DNA of 52,498 nt. Source: Candidatus Hadarchaeota archaeon (GTDB lineage Archaea > CAYQAE01 > CAYVLA01). Location of the stretch: the NCBI GenBank assembly GCA_964621445.1, contig CAZUNO010000021.1:1-52498 (forward strand), given 5' to 3'. The position numbers were made by a program, and so were the translations under genes. The notes beneath the pieces were generated by a model. It made no database searches. It saw only the letters and a program-made list of their open reading frames with translations, and was not told the DNA's origin. This document shows positions 46,767 through 52,498 of this stretch, in pieces; the stretch's first letter is position 1, and the number at the start of each line of letters is the position of its first letter.

Positions 46767-48911
46767 TTATCTCTTGAAATAGATTGGACTTGACCAAGCC
46801 CCATGGCCATCAATCTGTAATACCCTGATCCAGTATCCATGGGTACCGGAAGGGGGAGTCGGGTCCCGGTACCAGAATTCAACTGAATCCGGCCTATTCC
46901 TAGGGGAAGATAGGGAGATGGCAAGTTCCATGTTCAGTCCTCCGGCACCGAATTTTCGAGGGCCTTCTTGGAGTTCTTTAACTCCCACCTCCTTGGTTAT
47001 TTGTTCTGATTCAAAAGATAGGCGCGGGCTCTGGCCTGCCAGCTTTAGAAATGCACCAACAGGGTCTCCGGCCGTAGTAGTTTCAAAACATATCTCATTA
47101 TCCGAAACTTTACTTACTATATCGCCTTCCCGCTGGAAACCAAGACGGACCATATCAACTATCCTTCCTCCAGTTACTCGAATTCTTCCCTCCCATCTTG
47201 CTCTCTTATTCCTGGATCTCACCCGGAGTCCCGACCAATGTATCCTGACCCATTGATTTGATGAATCATCCGAAAATGGATATCGATAGATGACCTCATC
47301 GTCCCTTAGGACCTCAACATCCAGTAATGGTGAGGTACCCAGAATACCAGCAGATACCTCCACCGGCACCTTGCCCTCCACAATATCTCCCATCATGTAG
47401 TTCCCCGATTTTACATCCAATACAATTCTCTCCCCGGTGGTGGCGTAGCAATGACGGGACTTCAGGGCCTGCCATATCTTCTCACGTTCCAGGCTGGAGG
47501 CATATATCGCGGTTAAACCGCCAAAGAGGTCAAGCCTTACGGTACCCCTGACCCCACCTCTTCTCACAGGAGGTGACCATCCCGGGCGACCGGAGTGGTC
47601 ATCGCTACCTGCGACTATACCTATAACCAAACCCTTTCTCAGTGCCTCCTTTGCCAGCCACTCAAAGGTACCGTGGTTGGAGTGTATCTCTACTAACCCG
47701 CATATTTCGGGATCCCAGAAATCCAGGTTAGTATACCTACCACCGACGTGGGAGATTGCCATCACGTCCTCGCGATTCCTGAACTGGGTCCAAAGTTCAG
47801 ATATTGGACAGAACTCCCTCTCGCATTCTGCATCTTCAACCTGCCAAAGGGAACTTCTTCTTATCTCTTGATCATCCTTTAGAAACAGGATATTATGGTC
47901 ACCGCCGGATGGAGTAAGACCTGACCACTCATATCCGAGAAAGGTTACAAAACTTCCCGGCTGGTTGAAAATTCGCGTTTTGTCACAGACCTCCTCCCAA
48001 ATTCTCGGTGTAACCTGGAGGTCGTTTCCCTGCCAACTTGTAACATCAACCAAAGCCCTGTCCTGGGCATAACGGAAATACTCCTCCAGGGTTCCGGTGC
48101 CAATGGTGTCCTCAGTTTGCCCGTGGAGATCTGCCCACCATAGCAGCTCGGGTCCCTCATATACCCTTATTGGATTGCTACAGCCTAGCAGTCCCTTGCA
48201 GCGGATTTGGAGCGTGAAATCTCCCTCCTTCTCAAATTTAACCTTACCTGCCAAGGTATCTCCCGGTTCCAGTTTGAATGTTCTTGAAGGAAACGCAGAG
48301 GGACATGAGTCAGCTTCCACTTCTCCTTCAAAATCTCTCAGCGGATTTCCGAATCTATCCAGAGCACGAATCCTTACGGGAATTTCCTCCTCTGGGCGGG
48401 CAAGTGAAGGTGTTATGGCATCTAACTCCACAGCTTCTCCAGGTTCTATGCAAATGGTGGGGTTCTCGCTCAAGGGTCGATACTTCCTGGTCCCGAAGGG
48501 ATCCACAAGGACCTTAAACTCGTGACCCGTCTCCGGGAAGGATTGAAGACTCCAGCCCGGAGAGCCCTGCTCCATGTCACCCAGGACAACTCTAACCAGG
48601 TCCCCGGGCGTGAGGGACCCATCACAGGCCTTGATTACCAGTGCGCCTCTCCATGGACGGATCCATCGCCATGGGTCGTAGTCAACCTCTACTCGGGCCT
48701 CACCCGAAGTTGAGGCGGTTACATATCCCGGGCCCTTTGGGTCCCCAGTCTGTAATGGCCCTGCATCGGTCATATCCCGCTGAGCAATAAGTAGCGAGCC
48801 GCCATCATCCATTCCGTAACCGCCGACTGTATAGGTTATCACCCATTCTCCCGTCTCGCCCACCGTGAATGATCCACTGGGCTGAATTGTGGCCTCTCCA
48901 AGATCTTTCAA
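46767..48911 (-). CDS. DUF3604 domain protein (PHP-like metallohydrolase with Ig-like flanks)
   Basis: WADLHGQT..TIG, GYEWSG....GGDHN, SHVGGR, EIHS.HGTFEW, GSDDHSGRPG, YATTG.RI and AWSSPI. Confidence 0.8.
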   Translation of the reverse strand: MKDLGEATIQPSGSFTVGETGEWVITYTVGGYGMDDGGSLLIAQRDMTDAGPLQTGDPKGPGYVTASTSGEARVEVDYDPWRWIRPWRGALVIKACDGSLTPGDLVRVVLGDMEQGSPGWSLQSFPETGHEFKVLVDPFGTRKYRPLSENPTICIEPGEAVELDAITPSLARPEEEIPVRIRALDRFGNPLRDFEGEVEADSCPSAFPSRTFKLEPGDTLAGKVKFEKEGDFTLQIRCKGLLGCSNPIRVYEGPELLWWADLHGQTEDTIGTGTLEEYFRYAQDRALVDVTSWQGNDLQVTPRIWEEVCDKTRIFNQPGSFVTFLGYEWSGLTPSGGDHNILFLKDDQEIRRSSLWQVEDAECEREFCPISELWTQFRNREDVMAISHVGGRYTNLDFWDPEICGLVEIHSNHGTFEWLAKEALRKGLVIGIVAGSDDHSGRPGWSPPVRRGGVRGTVRLDLFGGLTAIYASSLEREKIWQALKSRHCYATTGERIVLDVKSGNYMMGDIVEGKVPVEVSAGILGTSPLLDVEVLRDDEVIYRYPFSDDSSNQWVRIHWSGLRVRSRNKRARWEGRIRVTGGRIVDMVRLGFQREGDIVSKVSDNEICFETTTAGDPVGAFLKLAGQSPRLSFESEQITKEVGVKELQEGPRKFGAGGLNMELAISLSSPRNRPDSVEFWYRDPTPPSGTHGYWIRVLQIDGHGAWSSPIYFKR

Positions 48912-48929
48912 ATTATCATTTCCTAAGTT

Positions 48930-50162
48930 TTATTTTCTCTCCTGTCTTGAACTGAGTCTGGAGGATCGGACTTTAACATAGAGTTTTTTCTTCACCATCA
49001 TGCTCCAAAGAACGGTTCCCGATATCAGGAAGGCCGCAGTAACAACGCACCACTCAGTGACATAGATCCAGAGCAGAGCATTGTCCTTGGCCTTCACCGA
49101 CTCATCGAGGATCCTATCTTGCTCGGTCCTGGCTTCCTCCATGAGCTGCAGGCATTTCTCGTAATCCTCCCCCAAATATGCCTCATTGGCCTGAGCTTTG
49201 ATTCCGGACAATTGATCCATGCGGTGATATAGCGTTTTCATATTCCCACCAAATCCCTCCACGAATGCCAGTGTGGAGATCAGTATGGAATCCGTCCTCT
49301 GATACTCGGTAAAGATCGACATCATATTCTGGAAAAGCAGGTGTTCCTCTGGAAGCCTCCTCCCCGATGTCCTGTAGGCCAGATAGATCATTGCCTGGGA
49401 GAATATGGGCCAGTCATTTGACCATGGCATTACCCCATTCGGAAACTTGCTGGCAAAGCAAAGCACCGAACCCTCATTTAACTCCCAGAAGGTCATGAGC
49501 GGCCAATCAATCGATTCCGTAGGTTCCTCCATAACCGCCCATACCTCACTCCCTTCCTTCGGTATCTGCATATCGAGATTTGCCAGAGGGGGCGAACTCT
49601 CCCAAGGCAAAGCCTTCATTAGCTCCTCATCCTCGTCACTAATGCGCAATCTAAAGGACCCGTACTTATATCCCCTATCAGTATCGGTAGAAGCGGGCAA
49701 TATCTCAGCCACGGTGGTTTCCGTCCAGGAAAGGGGATGAGAACTACCTAGGCTTCTACCAATGCTTCCTAACCAAAGGTAATCCATTCCCTCATATAGG
49801 ACCGAATCAGAAAACCAATTTATCCAGTCCGATCGAAAAACCGTTTTATCCGCGTCACTGCTCAGGATTAGATCGTAATTTCTGACCAAACTGTCGTAGG
49901 TTCTCGGCATATATATTCTAAGAAATCGTTTAGCACTTTCCGAACTGCCAACATATCCCGGTCTTGTGGGAACCAGGGTAGTATCTATAGCTGGGTCCGT
50001 TTCAATAACCGCGTAGCTATTCCTGCCACCGTATTGCTCGATAACATCTCCGAAACAAAATACCCTTATCCTACGGGATTCACTCCCAAATGATCCCGGG
50101 ACTAGCAATATTGATGCATGTATGATAATAACCAGCGCGAACAGCTTTGACGCATCTGACAA
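48930..50162 (-). CDS. GATase-like surface protein (paralog 3 of 3)
   Basis: Signal peptide, RIYMPRTY, YDLILSSDAD, W.ET.VAEILP, LPWE..P, FVEGFGGN and WIYVTEW...SGTVLWSMMVKKKLY. GGTGA SD with TTG start. Confidence 0.7.
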   Translation of the reverse strand: MSDASKLFALVIIIHASILLVPGSFGSESRRIRVFCFGDVIEQYGGRNSYAVIETDPAIDTTLVPTRPGYVGSSESAKRFLRIYMPRTYDSLVRNYDLILSSDADKTVFRSDWINWFSDSVLYEGMDYLWLGSIGRSLGSSHPLSWTETTVAEILPASTDTDRGYKYGSFRLRISDEDEELMKALPWESSPPLANLDMQIPKEGSEVWAVMEEPTESIDWPLMTFWELNEGSVLCFASKFPNGVMPWSNDWPIFSQAMIYLAYRTSGRRLPEEHLLFQNMMSIFTEYQRTDSILISTLAFVEGFGGNMKTLYHRMDQLSGIKAQANEAYLGEDYEKCLQLMEEARTEQDRILDESVKAKDNALLWIYVTEWCVVTAAFLISGTVLWSMMVKKKLYVKVRSSRLSSRQERK

Positions 50163-50300
50163 TTCATGTTCACCATTCGATTCAAGCTAAATCTCAATCA
50201 ACTCATCTTGCAGGGCGGTTATAATTGTATTTCTCGAACCTCGGACCCTCGAACCCCTTGCACATATTAGTAATCCATTTGCCTTAGGATTAGACCCAAA

Positions 50301-51647
50301 ATGACACCCAAAGACAGTACCCAATCCACAGGTAGGACCGAGAATTCTGGGGATGAGAGGCCAAATATCATATTCATCATCACTGACCAGCAGAGAGCGA
50401 GTACCGTAAGCTGCTACGGACGAAATGAGAAGTCCCATACTCCGGCCATAGATAGACTTGCTAGAAGAGGTATTAGGTTCAACTCCTGCTATTCATCCCA
50501 ACCCGTCTGTTCCCCTAGCCGATCCAGCATAATTACCGGTTTATATCCAAACGCAACAAGTGTTTTTGACAATTGTACTCCAAAAACCAAGTACTTTCTA
50601 CCATCCGACCTTTTCTCCTGGTTGAGGGAAATCCACGATGCGGGCTATAGAACATCCTATATCGGAAAATGGCACCTTGGATGTGACCGTGAGCCCATTC
50701 CTGATTACTTCGATGTCTGGCACGGCTTTGAAACGCTGTGGGGACACTGGATCGTGAACGAACCCAAATTTTACAAACCTGGAGAGGTCCAGCCCAGAAA
50801 TGAAAACCAACCGAAGATAGGGCATATACCCGAGCAGGAAGACGCGCGTTACCGCACTGATGAGGAAACTGACTTCGCAATAGATTTCATAAAGCGAAAT
50901 CGAAAAGATAGATTCGCTTGCATGCTATCCTTCTACCCTCCGCACGGGCCAAAGACCGCCCCAGCCGAGGACATCGACTTCTGCGAGGACCGGATCGAAC
51001 CCAAGGAACAGGCCATATACCACGCCATGGTCCACCGTATAGACTATAATGTAGGTAGGGTTCTCAATGCGGTGGATTCATACGGCCTGCGGGATAACAC
51101 GATCATCATATTTACCTCCGACCATGGAGAGAATTACCCCCTAAAATGGAATGAACACGGTAAACGGCTCTGCTATGACCAGGCCTCAAACGTTCCCTTC
51201 ATTATTAGCTGGCCGGCCCATCTCCCACAGGGAGAGGTCATTGATCGTGTAATTAGCAACGTTGATTTTGCCCCCACCCTGCTGGACCTTTGCGATCTTG
51301 ACTGGCCAGACAATCTCCATGGCAAGAGTGCAAGGGGATTGATGGAAGGCGACCCCAGAGATTGGCACCAAGATATCATGATACAGAACAACCCATACCG
51401 CAGCTGGGACGGGGAGAAAAAGGATATGCGAGAGCGCTGCGTAGTCGCAGACGAATGGAAACTAATCGTTAACAATATGAGGCCACCAGAGCTATTTCGA
51501 CGAGAGGATGAGGAAACCCCAGCTAACAATGTCTATGCTGAAAAGGAGAACCGGGAAGTCGTTGAGCATCTGATCCACAGGCTACGATACTGGGGAAACA
51601 AGACAGGTGATGATCTCACTGGCAGGATACTTCAACAGTGGACCTGA
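50301..51647 (+). CDS. Cys-type (formylglycine-dependent) sulfatase
   Basis: RPNIIFIITDQQR, CSPSRSSIITG (Cys70), GYRTSYIGKWHLG, FTSDHG and VDFAPTLLDL. Confidence 0.93.
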   Translation: MTPKDSTQSTGRTENSGDERPNIIFIITDQQRASTVSCYGRNEKSHTPAIDRLARRGIRFNSCYSSQPVCSPSRSSIITGLYPNATSVFDNCTPKTKYFLPSDLFSWLREIHDAGYRTSYIGKWHLGCDREPIPDYFDVWHGFETLWGHWIVNEPKFYKPGEVQPRNENQPKIGHIPEQEDARYRTDEETDFAIDFIKRNRKDRFACMLSFYPPHGPKTAPAEDIDFCEDRIEPKEQAIYHAMVHRIDYNVGRVLNAVDSYGLRDNTIIIFTSDHGENYPLKWNEHGKRLCYDQASNVPFIISWPAHLPQGEVIDRVISNVDFAPTLLDLCDLDWPDNLHGKSARGLMEGDPRDWHQDIMIQNNPYRSWDGEKKDMRERCVVADEWKLIVNNMRPPELFRREDEETPANNVYAEKENREVVEHLIHRLRYWGNKTGDDLTGRILQQWT

Positions 51648-51692
51648 AATTATTCAAAACCGGGAACCCAACCAGGAATAGTCCTTGTAGAT

Positions 51693-52498
51693 TCATCCCT
51701 CGCTAGCTCTACGCATCACCAATTCCGCGTGTAGAGTCACCCATCTGTCGATCTCTGATCGTCCACCCATGCTCTTCCAGGTCCGTCTCTTATAGGGACT
51801 TGATCCTTTCCAGGTGCCCTTCTTGAGTCTCCTCGAATTCAACCACTCAATTGCAGGTCTGGCCCCTGGATTCCCCAGCTCTCCCAGATCATCCAAGACG
51901 CGCAACACGAACAGAGGGTCGGAGGTAGCGAAGTCCGGGAAATTAAGGCGGTTCCAGTGCTCCAGGCTACTTTTTGACCTAAATCTCTCCCAAGGGCCAT
52001 CCATTATATGGTGATCCTCCAGGAGGAATTTAAGGCCACTGGAAATCGTATCCTCAACTCTCCCAGTCCTGAGTTCGTCTGGAAGCGCTGCCATCCCCCA
52101 TAATCCACGTATCACCCCGTAAACGCAAGGGCAATCACAGCCCGGACAGACCCATTCGGTCTCCAACGCTCTATACTCCATGTCATTAATTACCGATTTT
52201 ACCCGGGGATCCAGGATAAGACCAGCATGCCCAACATATCGAAGAAGGTTGCCCAAGAAACATGGAGCCTTTATTTGGCCCATCTTTATGGCCTCGGGGG
52301 AGGTATCGCCGATGATAGTCAACATGAAATCGGCGCCTTTCCTAAAATTTTGGTCTTCTCCATCGATGGCTAGCTCGTTGAGAAGATGTAGACTCCAATG
52401 GGTGCTCCTGTATTTAGGGGAGTAATAATTGTGCCGGGTGAAGCGGCTTTGGGACATTATTGTTTGTGTTTTGGGTTGATGGTTGTTTGTAGGTCTTG
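51693..52498 (-). CDS. prenyltransferase/squalene-cyclase-repeat-like hypothetical protein, 5' end truncated or uncertain
   Basis: YYSPKYRSTHWSL..L.EL, PC..GN, W.C, L.FP....D.L..L, G.W and WVT..A patterns. The frame stays open to the window end. Confidence 0.6.
   Translation of the reverse strand, partial: RPTNNHQPKTQTIMSQSRFTRHNYYSPKYRSTHWSLHLLNELAIDGEDQNFRKGADFMLTIIGDTSPEAIKMGQIKAPCFLGNLLRYVGHAGLILDPRVKSVINDMEYRALETEWVCPGCDCPCVYGVIRGLWGMAALPDELRTGRVEDTISSGLKFLLEDHHIMDGPWERFRSKSSLEHWNRLNFPDFATSDPLFVLRVLDDLGELGNPGARPAIEWLNSRRLKKGTWKGSSPYKRRTWKSMGGRSEIDRWVTLHAELVMRRASEG

Noticed and set aside
123-52425. Numerous 60-160-aa antisense and alternate-frame ORFs
   Set aside because: They lie inside well-supported genes, are Ser/Pro/Arg-rich shadows, and show no motifs.
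52458-52498. G/T-skewed low-complexity tail at the window end (possible repeat or telomere-like sequence)
   Set aside because: It is only about 40 nt with no regular period. It is more likely a low-quality or chimeric contig end, and read mapping would decide.
1-52498. CRISPR arrays, tRNA/rRNA genes, IS elements, integrases, Sec/Pyl readthrough and programmed frameshifts
   Set aside because: By eye I saw no spaced direct repeats, cloverleaf or T-loop signatures, transposase motifs or split same-family ORF pairs. A covariance-model scan was not possible, so small ncRNAs are not excluded.

Overview
Gene-dense (~41 CDS), roughly 50% GC segment that looks like the chromosome of an uncultured archaeon, probably TACK-related. 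Support: archaeal ATP-dependent DNA ligase, XPD/Rad3 helicase, AbrB-PhoU and Lrp regulators, a beta-CASP nuclease, GGTGA-type Shine-Dalgarno (SD) sites and TATA-like promoters. I found no rRNA, tRNA, CRISPR array, transposase or prophage. Housekeeping genes are mixed with many heterotrophic catabolic genes: GH38 alpha-mannosidase, an unclassified GH-like protein, two sulfatases, three URO-D/MtaA-family proteins, ThDP and LLM enzymes, a PfkB kinase, and OPT and DUF401 transporters. Main signals: (1) three paralogous surface proteins (signal peptide, GATase-like domain, helical stalk, conserved TM/tail), each just upstream of a catabolic gene run; (2) probable near-cognate start codons (ATT, ACG, possibly ATC) in a window rich in TTG starts; (3) a 55-aa Cys-motif membrane microprotein missing from the ORF track, with Lrp-type boxes in its promoter; (4) a type II pantothenate kinase in an archaeon; (5) a His/Cys metal-binding domain fused to cytochrome b561; (6) several enzymes with altered catalytic motifs. 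All family assignments come from recognising motifs by eye. No database searches were run.
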